A program made the position numbers and the translations under genes. 64,000 nt of DNA, taken from an uncultured candidate division Zixibacteria bacterium (GTDB lineage Bacteria; Zixibacteria; MSB-5A5; GN15; PGXB01). The notes below the pieces were generated by a model. That model had not been told where the DNA came from. It did not search any database and was given only the letters and a program-made list of their open reading frames with translations. Shown piece after piece: positions 32,463 to 41,588 of this stretch. The stretch spans positions 1,376,001 to 1,440,000 of the forward strand of contig OY969724.1 of the NCBI GenBank assembly GCA_963702205.1. The letters are read 5' to 3'. Position 1 is the stretch's first letter. The number at the start of each line of letters is the position of its first letter.

Positions 32463-32585
32463 GTAGGTCGGGTTCCGAAGTCCCCGTCCTTACGGGGCCG
32501 AGAAACCCGACATTATGTGCTCATGCCGTCTTTAGATGTCGGGTTTTTCATTCCCGCTGCAACGGGAATTCAGGACCCGACCTAC
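32463..32585. repeat. REP doublet (GTAGGTCGGGTT...GACCCGACCTAC)
   Basis: Inverted GTAG ends, internal hairpins. Confidence 0.8.
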
Positions 32586-32622
32586 CTGGTATCATTTGGT
32601 ATGTTGGGGTGCGCCGCCACTT

Positions 32623-32777
32623 GGAGGCTGTCCCAAAAGTACTCTTTTTAAGTTCCGCGGGGTCTTGTCCTGACGAAGTCGGGATGTGACCCTGCGGTCT
32701 TTCAACGGTTTCCGTCGGGTGACAATTTCGACCACGTCGAAATCAACACCCGACGGAACACTTTTGGGACAGCCTCC
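32623..32777. mobile_element. Second MITE family (18-bp TIR GGAGGCTGTCCCAAAAGT)
   Basis: Perfect TIRs, no ORF, REP-like hairpins inside. Confidence 0.75.
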
Positions 32778-32890
32778 TTCCGGTGGGCTGGAATCAAGTT
32801 CTGTCGCGTCGTGTTCCGACACCGTCGAAACGTATCCTGACAGATTCCTCGGTCGGTATTCAATCTAATAATTATTAAAATTGAGAGGGC

Positions 32891-33889
32891 TTATCTTATG
32901 GGCTTGATATTGCTCTTGAGTCCGTCGGGACCCATTAGCTCGGCGAATATTTTAAGCAGTTTTTGATCGTACTCATCCGGCATCGAAAACATGACTTTCA
33001 GTGCGGGGAAAGTCTCGATGGCGTTTTGATAGACACGCTTGGTAGTCATGGCGTCGAAAGTATCGACGATAGCGACGATACGGCTGTACTCATGCATGTC
33101 TCGCAGAGCAATTCCGTGCGGATAGCCCCGGCCTGTCCCGCGCTCGTGATGCTGAAGGACCGGGTAGAGCGAGATCGATTCCAGCATATCGGCCTTGGCC
33201 AGTATTTCCACGCCCCATTGCGGGTGTTTTTTCATAAGCTCGAATTCGACCGGCGACAGCCCGGTTTTTTTATTCAGGATGCGTTCAGAAATGCGCGACT
33301 TGCCGACGTCGTGCAGCAGCGCTCCCACCCCGAGATTATACAGGAATTCTTCGTCTTTGAAACCCGCCTGCTGAGCCAGCGCGATGGCGAATGTGCAGAC
33401 GTTGACCGAGTGAGTGTAAGTATAGTAATCGAAAGAGCTGAGTCTTAGAAGATTGTGAAAGGCTTCCTGGCCGCGCAGAATATAGCTGACGGTGTTGGCA
33501 ACCAGACCTTGTGAGCGTTTGATATTTTCGCCGTAGGACGGATTATCCAGAACGTCTTTCATAAGAGTTTTCGAGGTTTCATAAAGAATGCCGGCGCGCT
33601 TTATTTCGGGGATGCTGTGATCCTGCAAAATTACGCTCAGGTTTTTTTCTATATATTTCTGGTATTTACCCTTGGCGTCTTCCTGGACATAAAGCCGCGA
33701 GACGCTGTTTTCGCGGAGTTTTTCGAGAGTTTGTTCGTTGAACGGCAGATCGGCCGAGCGATAGAGGACCATCTCGCCGTTGATTTTTATGAATAAATCA
33801 AAATCGAGAACGCTGTCGATACGCAAAGATTCCAGGTATATGGGCAGAAACCTGAGCGTAGTTTTGTGCTGCGTATTGGTAGTCGCCAT
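32891..33889 (-). CDS. HD-GYP c-di-GMP phosphodiesterase
   Basis: YTYTHSVNV, LHDVGK, HHERGTGRGYP, DTFDAMT..R.Y. Confidence 0.92.
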   Translation of the reverse strand: MATTNTQHKTTLRFLPIYLESLRIDSVLDFDLFIKINGEMVLYRSADLPFNEQTLEKLRENSVSRLYVQEDAKGKYQKYIEKNLSVILQDHSIPEIKRAGILYETSKTLMKDVLDNPSYGENIKRSQGLVANTVSYILRGQEAFHNLLRLSSFDYYTYTHSVNVCTFAIALAQQAGFKDEEFLYNLGVGALLHDVGKSRISERILNKKTGLSPVEFELMKKHPQWGVEILAKADMLESISLYPVLQHHERGTGRGYPHGIALRDMHEYSRIVAIVDTFDAMTTKRVYQNAIETFPALKVMFSMPDEYDQKLLKIFAELMGPDGLKSNIKPIR

Positions 33890-33924
33890 TTTATATCAAT
33901 TTATAGTAATGTCCGTTTCTCCTA

Positions 33925-33951
33925 TTATCGGCGGGTTGGCGGGAATAATTA
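33925..33951 (-). promoter_or_regulatory. sigma28-type promoter for HD-GYP
   Basis: TAAT-N15-GCCGATAA. Confidence 0.6.
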
Positions 33952-33983
33952 AAAAAAACCCCCGGTGGGAGGAGTACCGGGGG
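33951..33983 (-). terminator. Terminator with C-rich loop
   Basis: CCCCCGGT-ACTCCTCCC-ACCGGGGG + T8. Confidence 0.8.
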
Positions 33984-34019
33984 CATCTGTAGGAGGGAGG
34001 AAGAGAGCCTGATCAAAGA

Positions 34020-34640
34020 TCAGGCACCGTAATTTTTTATCTGCATCAGCACCGAATTCAAAGAATTCGTGATATTTGACAAAACGCCCGAATATCGCTT
34101 CAAAAGTTCGCTGTATTGCCATCGCATCTTGAAAGCCGTGGGCGGGAAATCGAAGAGGTCCAGCAGGGTTTTGCGATAAATTTCGTCGATGTAGCGGATT
34201 ATATAATATGGATATTCGGGGATATTTTCATCGCTGACTTCTCCGCGACTCAGGCGTCCGCGGTAGGTTTCGACCTTCTCGAGGACGACCGTCCCGAAAC
34301 ACCACGGTGTCATGATGATTCCGAGGTTGGTTCCATCGATATAGAAGTTACGGGCGGTCTTGTGTACCAATCCGATTATGATTTCTTTGGCTTTGAGGAA
34401 AGCCATTGTTTCGGAGTATTCATCCGACGTGGCTTCCATTTTGGAAGCTATATCATCGAGTTCATTCTGGCAGCGATCGTATATCTTTCCAAGAAAATCA
34501 TAATAATCGTCGAAATAAACTTTAATATTTTCAGAAAGGGTATAAATATAGAAGCCATCGGCGTCGTGATGAACCTTAGGCTCGTTGACCGCCTCAAGGC
34601 GTTCTCTGGTAAATCCCTGCTGAAATTTGCCTTCTAACAT
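34020..34640 (-). CDS. Hypothetical protein
   Basis: AAGGAG RBS + ATG 34640; ~206 aa; no recognised motif. Confidence 0.7.
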   Translation of the reverse strand: MLEGKFQQGFTRERLEAVNEPKVHHDADGFYIYTLSENIKVYFDDYYDFLGKIYDRCQNELDDIASKMEATSDEYSETMAFLKAKEIIIGLVHKTARNFYIDGTNLGIIMTPWCFGTVVLEKVETYRGRLSRGEVSDENIPEYPYYIIRYIDEIYRKTLLDLFDFPPTAFKMRWQYSELLKRYSGVLSNITNSLNSVLMQIKNYGA

Positions 34641-34683
34641 GTCTGGCTCCTTCACTCATTAACTCTTTCTATGTTTTAACTTT

Positions 34684-34699
34684 AGCAAAGGGTGTGCCC
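34684..34699 (-). promoter_or_regulatory. sigma54 -24/-12 promoter
   Basis: GGGCAC-ACCCT-TTGCT (GG-N10-GC). Confidence 0.55.
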
Positions 34700-35026
34700 C
34701 GAATTTTATAACCGGACCCCTGGGCAAAAGGGAGTGAGCGACGGTCTGTTATATTGTTGTCACACAGCGATATAAAGCGACGAGAGAGCCTTTCTAATTC
34801 TTTCGCAATTGCACCTTTAAAGTCATGCAGAACGGTGCGCCCTGATGTCGTTGATAAAATAAGTGAATTGCATTTCACAGTAATTGCTGTGTCTTGGGGC
34901 CAATAATCAGGAGACTGTGTTCTAAAAATCCAGAAATCGGATCCATATGGAAATTACAGTCAGATTTTCGCGGCAATCATTTTTTGCACACGGATTCTTA
35001 TAACCCCGCATAAGGCTTGAAATTAC

Positions 35027-35053
35027 TAAATAATTTGTAAAGAGGGTCGATAA
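35027..35053 (+). promoter_or_regulatory. sigma28-type promoter for the histone-like gene
   Basis: TAAA-N15-GTCGATAA. Confidence 0.6.
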
Positions 35054-35144
35054 AAAAATTATCGAATTTAAAACAATGGCCGGATTGAGTTTCGACGAAT
35101 TCGGTCTAAACCGTGACCGCATGTGTGAAGGGAGGAAAAACTTA

Positions 35145-35732
35145 ATGCCTCGCACAACCAAAACTAAGCGGACTACATCCCCCCGCCGGAAAACTACGAA
35201 GGCTGCATCGTACAAAAAGTCTCCGGCCCGTAAGGCTACGACGCGCAAAACGACGACTCGCAAGACGACGGCTCGCAAGCCCGTGCGTAAAGCCACGACA
35301 CGCAAGACCACGACTCGCAAGACAACGGCTCGCAAGCCCGTGCGCAGAGCTACAACCCGTAAAACGGTTGCTCGCAAGGCCACGACTCGCCGTACGACCG
35401 TACGCAAGACCACCGCTCGCAAGACGGTAGTCCGCAAAAAAGCTACGGCTCGCAAGCCCGTTCGCAAGACGAACACGCGCAAAACCACCTGGACGCGCAA
35501 AGCTACTCCGCGCAAGCCGGTTCGCAAAAGCACGACCCGCAAATCCAACTGGTCGAAAAAGGCTAATCAGTACAATCAGTATGAGCAGCCGACTCGTCGG
35601 GCTACCTCGCGCCGCAAAGTCGCGAACAGCAACCCGACCCGCAAGACGACTCGTCGCGCCACCACGCGCCGTGTGACCCGCCAGACCACTCGTCGGGCCA
35701 CCACGCGCCGCAACACCTGGCGCAATCGTTAA
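35145..35732 (+). CDS. Histone H1/HctB-like K/R/T-rich DNA-condensing protein
   Basis: GGGAGG RBS; 195 aa of xxxRK pentapeptides (TTARKPVRKATTRK); own terminator. Confidence 0.8.
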   Translation: MPRTTKTKRTTSPRRKTTKAASYKKSPARKATTRKTTTRKTTARKPVRKATTRKTTTRKTTARKPVRRATTRKTVARKATTRRTTVRKTTARKTVVRKKATARKPVRKTNTRKTTWTRKATPRKPVRKSTTRKSNWSKKANQYNQYEQPTRRATSRRKVANSNPTRKTTRRATTRRVTRQTTRRATTRRNTWRNR

Positions 35733-35755
35733 ATCAGGACTATAACAGTCCTTTT

Positions 35756-35790
35756 GGCCCCGGCTTTTTTTGAAGGCCGGGGCTTTTTTT
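35756..35790 (+). terminator. Rho-independent terminator
   Basis: GCCCCGGC..GCCGGGGC + T7. Confidence 0.8.
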
Positions 35791-36115
35791 ATCAAAAAAC
35801 TTTAAATTTTTTATTGACTTCATACGCACAATTTTAGTATTAATGCCTCGATTTAATGTGGAGTGCGTCTGGTAATGTCGCACTTGTAAGAGGGGATATT
35901 TTTTTAGTTGACGGGAAAATCAAATATTATTAAGTATTGATTCTTAATTGAGAGCACAGGAAGTGCGTTTCCAACCGGTATATTATATGATGCCGTGAAG
36001 AAAGGAGGTGAGGAACGAAGTTAAGATTGATCATGCCGAATCGAGACTTTGAAATCTTAACCAACTTCGAAACAGACTTTTTGAAAATTGGACTTTTTTA
36101 ACAAAGGGTAAGATA

Positions 36116-37468
36116 ATGAAAAAACTGTTAATTTTGACACTGGCCATGTGCCTCCTGGCGTCGGCCAGCTTCGCGACTTATACTCGCGTGAAGACCATGG
36201 GTAACAACAATATGGTTCTTCATGACGAATATAATATCTGGATGTTCCCGTCAACCTTGTATGATTATCCCGAAATGTTCGTCGGCGAATTCACCAATAC
36301 CGATGCATTTGTTCCTCCGGCGTTAAAGTCTGCCAACATCGACGGCTATGGTTATGGATATGATTATGGCGGATACGTGTCAGGATTCGGTATGGGAAAC
36401 ATTCCGCACCTCGGCTCGTTCGAATTTTATGAAAACGGATTTACCAACCTTGGCGCACACTTCAAATTCAATGAAGAAAATCCATTTATAGTAGGCGTTT
36501 ACTTCACAAAATCGGAAACTTATACGCCTTTCAATTTTGTCCATCCCGACTATTATTGGTTTGAGTCTCCCGACCTTTCGGACGGGAATAATTTGACATT
36601 GCTACAGAATCAAAGAATCGATCTTTTCTACGCAAAGATGATGGGTGAGAATAAGTTGGGTGTTCATCTCGGCTGGGTTTATAGCGGAAATTCCATTGAA
36701 GATACTGATTTCAAACCTACGCTTAGCATGAATGTGTTGAACCTCGGTCTTGGCTATACCGCTATGGAAAACAAACTCGATCTGGGTTTGGATTTCAAAA
36801 TGATGACCTGGACAAGCGAGGATCAATACGGTTATAAATACTCCGAACCGGATGGGGCCATGACTTTCATGCTTGCCGGCCGTTATTTCAATGAGATGAA
36901 CCAGAAAATAACCTTGGTTCCTCACGGCAAGATTATGTACGAGAAATTCGGTGTCAAATATTACGATGATACCGACGACGATACTGCGACACCTACGGTA
37001 GTTACAGACAAAGACACTTTTACAGGCTTTAAGATTGATGGTGGTCTGGGTATGAATTATGCCGCAGCCGCCGGTGTAACGGCCGTCACCGATTTTGGAA
37101 TAAAATTCCAAAACCAAAAGATGAAATATGAGCCGACAGGTGGCACGTCCACGGAAGACAAGCTGAGCAGCATTACGGCTCCTTATTTCAAGGTCGGACT
37201 TGAAGCCACAGTATTTGACTGGTTCGATCTCCGCATGGGCGGTATTGATTACTGGATGTGGGAAACCTTTACTAACACTTCGGATCGCAAGTACAAAGAA
37301 AAATACGTCATGACGGAATTCTATCTAGGTGGCGCTTTCCACTGGGGTAATCTGAATCTCGATACGTATGTCAACCCGCAGATTCTGAACGACGGTTTGT
37401 ATTTCGTGAATGGCAGCTACACATATCCTTTTGCCTACCAGGTTTCGCTGAAGTACAAGATGTTCTAA
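36116..37468 (+). CDS. Outer-membrane beta-barrel protein (porin-like)
   Basis: Signal peptide ASFA; alternating aromatic/hydrophobic strands; C-terminal YQVSLKYKMF BAM signal. Confidence 0.75.
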   Translation: MKKLLILTLAMCLLASASFATYTRVKTMGNNNMVLHDEYNIWMFPSTLYDYPEMFVGEFTNTDAFVPPALKSANIDGYGYGYDYGGYVSGFGMGNIPHLGSFEFYENGFTNLGAHFKFNEENPFIVGVYFTKSETYTPFNFVHPDYYWFESPDLSDGNNLTLLQNQRIDLFYAKMMGENKLGVHLGWVYSGNSIEDTDFKPTLSMNVLNLGLGYTAMENKLDLGLDFKMMTWTSEDQYGYKYSEPDGAMTFMLAGRYFNEMNQKITLVPHGKIMYEKFGVKYYDDTDDDTATPTVVTDKDTFTGFKIDGGLGMNYAAAAGVTAVTDFGIKFQNQKMKYEPTGGTSTEDKLSSITAPYFKVGLEATVFDWFDLRMGGIDYWMWETFTNTSDRKYKEKYVMTEFYLGGAFHWGNLNLDTYVNPQILNDGLYFVNGSYTYPFAYQVSLKYKMF

Positions 37469-37498
37469 TTAGACTCATCATTGATTAGCTGATACAAC

Positions 37499-37526
37499 AG
37501 CCCCCGGCCGACCGGGGGCTTTTTTT
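37499..37526 (+). terminator. Rho-independent terminator
   Basis: AGCCCCCGG-CCGA-CCGGGGGCT + T-run. Confidence 0.85.
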
Positions 37527-37580
37527 ATTGCCTTAAAGCCCGATTTCGGATTATCTATTCCGAAAACGACGGGAGGCCGG

Positions 37581-39737
37581 ATGCTTAAAGGAATATCAAT
37601 TTTAATCTTGATATTTATTTGTCTTTCAATTGTAACGCAAGCGCAGGATAATCCAGACGTCCTCGGAATGATTCTCGATTTGGTTGGCTTCAATCGCGCC
37701 GATATCGGTTTCCACGAAAAAGGCTACTGGAACCGCTATCCGCTCGACGTACCTTATAAATTGACGTCATTTGAAGATTTGTATCGCGAGCCATTCAAAC
37801 TTTACGATTACAGCAAGACTATGGCTAATTCGGTGAAATACTATCTCGATTCGGCTGTGCTGGATACGTCGTCGGTTTCGCTCTATCACCTGACCTATCT
37901 GGTCGGGGTCGACCGCAAGCTGGGCGGATTTCGGGATTACAGCGCCAATCTCAGAGAAGTCGCGGATTCGATCCAGCCGTTAGAGAATGCTTTCAAATCC
38001 CTATATGATCTCGCCGCCGACAGCACGGAATACCCGTCGTTTGCAGGAGATCCGTGGGACTGGAAACAGGCGAAAAAAGATATTGAGGACCAATCCAAAG
38101 ACATCCCCGATAACATACAATTGATCCTCGCAAAACTCATAATGAATACGGGCGATGCCATCCACTGGCGCAATCTCGCGTTCCGCAACTGCGATCCCGA
38201 CGTCATGCAGAGAGTGATCGACATCGACAGCCTGGCATTGAATCAGGCCGATGGCAACGTCTATCATCCGGAGATCGACGACATCGCCGCCTGTGTCGAT
38301 TATCCCTGTCTGCATAATGCCGCCCTCAAAATGGCCGCGATAGTCGAAGAAACCGCCGATTCGTTGATATATTACAATTTCCGACCGAAAGGCAATTTCT
38401 CAGTTTACACACCGTACGGTTACATTATGATTATTTCCGACGACTTTCCCTATAACCGTTCGGATCTGTATATCGGCCTGAACAACCCGCTGCTTGTCAT
38501 CGACGACATTTCTGACCACCATTTTTTGCAGACGGGAGGAGGAACGTCGATTAGTAATCCGGTTTTTGCTTTGATCGACCTGGGCGGTGACGATGAATAT
38601 AAAGCCGACGATGACTATTACGGCGCGTCGTTCGGCGGGGCCAAGCTCGGTGTGAGCGTCATGTATGACGCCTCCGGAAACGATACCTATATCGGGAATG
38701 AATACACGCAGGGCTCCGGGCTGTTCGGGGTGGGGATTCTGTTCGACAAACAGGGGGATGATAAATACCGGGCCAAGCTGTCGTCTCAGGGCTGCGGGTA
38801 TTTCGGGATCGGCCTGTGTTTCGACGCCGCCGGAAACGACAGCTTCTATATTTACGGTTCCGGGCAGGGATTCGGCGGCATCGGCGGCGGGGTCGGCGTG
38901 CTGGCTGATTACAGCGGCGACGACGTTTATATCGGAGAGAAAGACCCCTCGGTGTTCGACCTGGCCGATTATCACAGCCAATCGAAAATCAATGGCAACG
39001 GTGTGCAGGGAGTCGGTTTCGGTCGGCGCGGCGACATCACCGATGGCCACGCCTGGGCCGGGGGTTTGGGAGCCATTATCGATATTTCCGGCAACGATCA
39101 TTATCTCTCGGGTAACTGGTCGCTCGGGACGGCCTACTGGTTTTCGACCGGGATCGCCTACGATGGTTCCGGCAACGACGTCTATGAATCGTGCTATTTC
39201 ACGCAAGGGTCAGGCGCGCACTACTGCAACGGAATATTAATCGACGAGGGTGGCGATGACCGTCACGGACTCTACGCCACCGCCGGAGCGGGGCTTGGTT
39301 TTGGCTGGGACTGGACCAATGCCTTTCTGATCAATATCGGCGGCAATGATATATACCGGGCCGATATGATCTCGATGGGTCTGTCGCAGATTCGCTCCAA
39401 TGCTTTTTTGATCGACGTCGGCGGCGACGATAAGTACTACCTGAAAAAGGGCACGGCCGGGCTGGGTGAGGCCTCGTACCGTGAGGGGTTCGCCAAACCG
39501 CGACCGCTGACGCCGTATCCGTACTATTGCAAATCGTTCGGCGGCTTTATCGATATTGGCGGCGAGGATTCATATATTTCATTTACCGATAGCACCGAAT
39601 TACCAAACTCGCGGGTCGCTAACAACACCGTCTGGTTTGCCCCTGCCAAGAGCGACAGCCTGTACGGCGCCAATAATTTCGGGGTCGGCATCGATATTGA
39701 AAACGGGGTCATTCCCGAACTGGAATTGTGGAAGTAG
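37581..39737 (+). CDS. Secreted protein with DxxGxDxY/GQGxG beta-solenoid repeats
   Basis: Signal peptide; about 11 repeats (DLGGDDEY, DASGNDTY, DKQGDDKY, DISGNDHY, DVGGDDKY...). Confidence 0.75.
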   Translation: MLKGISILILIFICLSIVTQAQDNPDVLGMILDLVGFNRADIGFHEKGYWNRYPLDVPYKLTSFEDLYREPFKLYDYSKTMANSVKYYLDSAVLDTSSVSLYHLTYLVGVDRKLGGFRDYSANLREVADSIQPLENAFKSLYDLAADSTEYPSFAGDPWDWKQAKKDIEDQSKDIPDNIQLILAKLIMNTGDAIHWRNLAFRNCDPDVMQRVIDIDSLALNQADGNVYHPEIDDIAACVDYPCLHNAALKMAAIVEETADSLIYYNFRPKGNFSVYTPYGYIMIISDDFPYNRSDLYIGLNNPLLVIDDISDHHFLQTGGGTSISNPVFALIDLGGDDEYKADDDYYGASFGGAKLGVSVMYDASGNDTYIGNEYTQGSGLFGVGILFDKQGDDKYRAKLSSQGCGYFGIGLCFDAAGNDSFYIYGSGQGFGGIGGGVGVLADYSGDDVYIGEKDPSVFDLADYHSQSKINGNGVQGVGFGRRGDITDGHAWAGGLGAIIDISGNDHYLSGNWSLGTAYWFSTGIAYDGSGNDVYESCYFTQGSGAHYCNGILIDEGGDDRHGLYATAGAGLGFGWDWTNAFLINIGGNDIYRADMISMGLSQIRSNAFLIDVGGDDKYYLKKGTAGLGEASYREGFAKPRPLTPYPYYCKSFGGFIDIGGEDSYISFTDSTELPNSRVANNTVWFAPAKSDSLYGANNFGVGIDIENGVIPELELWK

Positions 39738-39780
39738 GCTTTAATGGCTGAAAAGTCAATGAAGTGCAAATAACCGCCTC

Positions 39781-39850
39781 GCGGCAGACGAGGGCGTCTG
39801 CCGCGCACTAAGCGATTTCAGTGACCGTCAGACGCCCTCGTCTGACGGTT
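39781..39850. repeat. REP-like hairpin pair
   Basis: GCGGCAGACG-AGGG-CGTCTGCCGC and ACCGTCAGACG-CCCT-CGTCTGACGGT. Confidence 0.65.
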
Positions 39851-39987
39851 GCCGGAAACGGCACCGCCGCCCGTAATTAATATCGCAGCGGCCAGGTTGA
39901 GCGTCCGCCGCTCCAAATAAAAAGACGCCGGGAAAACTCCCGACGTCTCTGAATTTAATCTTCCAAAAACAGTTAAATCCGAACCGT

Positions 39988-41349
39988 TTACGTTTTTTGT
40001 GCCAGCGCCTCTTTTTTCTTCTCGCCCTTTAGAAGAGAGGCTTTAAGCAGCGGTGGTGTCACCAGGGTTGTCACGATTACCATGATAATCACGGCCGAGA
40101 ACGTCCCGGGTGCGATGACCCTCTCGGTGCCGATCATCAGCTTGGCGCCGATTCCGGCGAAAATCAAACCGACTTCACCCCGGGGGATCATCCCCAGTCC
40201 CACCGCCAGCCGGTTGGTTGTTTTATCGAATATGGCCAGGGCACAGGCCTGCTTTCCGACGATGGCCGCAAGCGTCATCACCCCGGCAAAGGCCAGAATG
40301 GCCGTATGTGTAAACGTGATAAGTTCCACCATCATACCCATCCTAACAAAAAAGATCGGCACGAGAAATATCCCGATCGGCTTGATCAACTCATCTATAA
40401 AATGCTCGCCTTTGTGAGTGAAGTCCTGGTACTGGACGCGATCGAGGATCAGTCCCGCGGCAAAGGCTCCGACAATCGGAGCCAGGCCGATTTCACTGGC
40501 GATGTAGGCCAGAAGAAAACAAACCAGCAGAGCGGTTGAGAGCAGAACGCCTTTGACCTTGAGCTTGCTGCCGAATTTGAAAACGCGCGGCATGATCCAG
40601 TTGCCGATGACAATTGACCCGATCACGAACCCGACCGCCTTACCGACAATCAGCAGTACGGCCAGTGAACTGATACCTTCGCCGCCGTGTGCCGCGGCGT
40701 TGATGATGCCGACTACGACCGCGAGTATCACCAGTCCCATGATGTCATCAATGACGGCTGCCCCGAGTATTATTTTGGCTTCGGCCGTTTTAATTTTCCC
40801 TATGTCCTGCAGAACCCGGGCCGTTATCCCGACCGAGGTAGCTGTAAGAGTCGCACCTATGAAAATGTGAACGTATATCGTTTCTTCGGGCAAAAATAGT
40901 ATTGCCACACCCCAGCCGAGGAAAAACGGTGCGATGACACCGAATGTCGCCACCATGAACGACGCCACCCCGACCTTCATCATCTCGGCCAGTGACGATT
41001 CCAGACCGACTTCAAAAAGCAGGATAATCACCCCGATTTCGGCCAGCACCTCCAGGGTCAAACTTTGTTTGAAAGGCTCGAAAACATCTATGCCGACCAG
41101 CGTCAAGTTACCGATAACCATCCCGATAATAAGTTCCCCCAGCACAGCCGGTTGTTTGAATCGTTCGAGCAGGTCGCCGCCGAGCTTGGCCGACAGCAAA
41201 ATCACGATGAGGCCCAGAAGCACGTCGGCTACTTCATTGGATTCAGCCGTGCCTGCGGATGCAAAGGCGTTGGAATAAAACAGAAACCCCGATACGACTA
41301 CCAGGGCGAGTATTAATCTTCTGGTCGTTAGCAATCTTGGAATATTCAA
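39988..41349 (-). CDS. CPA2 cation/proton antiporter
   Basis: LLFEVGLE, ATSVGITARVL, AAVIDD, GMIPRGEVGLI. Confidence 0.9.
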   Translation of the reverse strand: MNIPRLLTTRRLILALVVVSGFLFYSNAFASAGTAESNEVADVLLGLIVILLSAKLGGDLLERFKQPAVLGELIIGMVIGNLTLVGIDVFEPFKQSLTLEVLAEIGVIILLFEVGLESSLAEMMKVGVASFMVATFGVIAPFFLGWGVAILFLPEETIYVHIFIGATLTATSVGITARVLQDIGKIKTAEAKIILGAAVIDDIMGLVILAVVVGIINAAAHGGEGISSLAVLLIVGKAVGFVIGSIVIGNWIMPRVFKFGSKLKVKGVLLSTALLVCFLLAYIASEIGLAPIVGAFAAGLILDRVQYQDFTHKGEHFIDELIKPIGIFLVPIFFVRMGMMVELITFTHTAILAFAGVMTLAAIVGKQACALAIFDKTTNRLAVGLGMIPRGEVGLIFAGIGAKLMIGTERVIAPGTFSAVIIMVIVTTLVTPPLLKASLLKGEKKKEALAQKT

Positions 41350-41588
41350 TTCATCACCCGTAAATTTGAAAATATAAATTAATTAGCGAAACTACATTCT
41401 TTCGTGCGATAAGGCAAGCGATTTTTAATCGACGGGCGCGGGGAGAGGGGCAATTGATGGTTATGCCACGTGACAAAAACCGCTTGCTTGACGGGCTTTC
41501 CCGTTGTATTTTGGCACTCTTATCGTCAATTAATGAGGAACCCGCCTATTGGAGGGATGTATAAATTATTAAATTTATAAGGGAATGA

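Noticed and set aside
34922..35795. Long antisense ORFs rich in V/L/R
   Set aside because: Shadows of the repetitive histone-like gene, which has the RBS, promoter and terminator.
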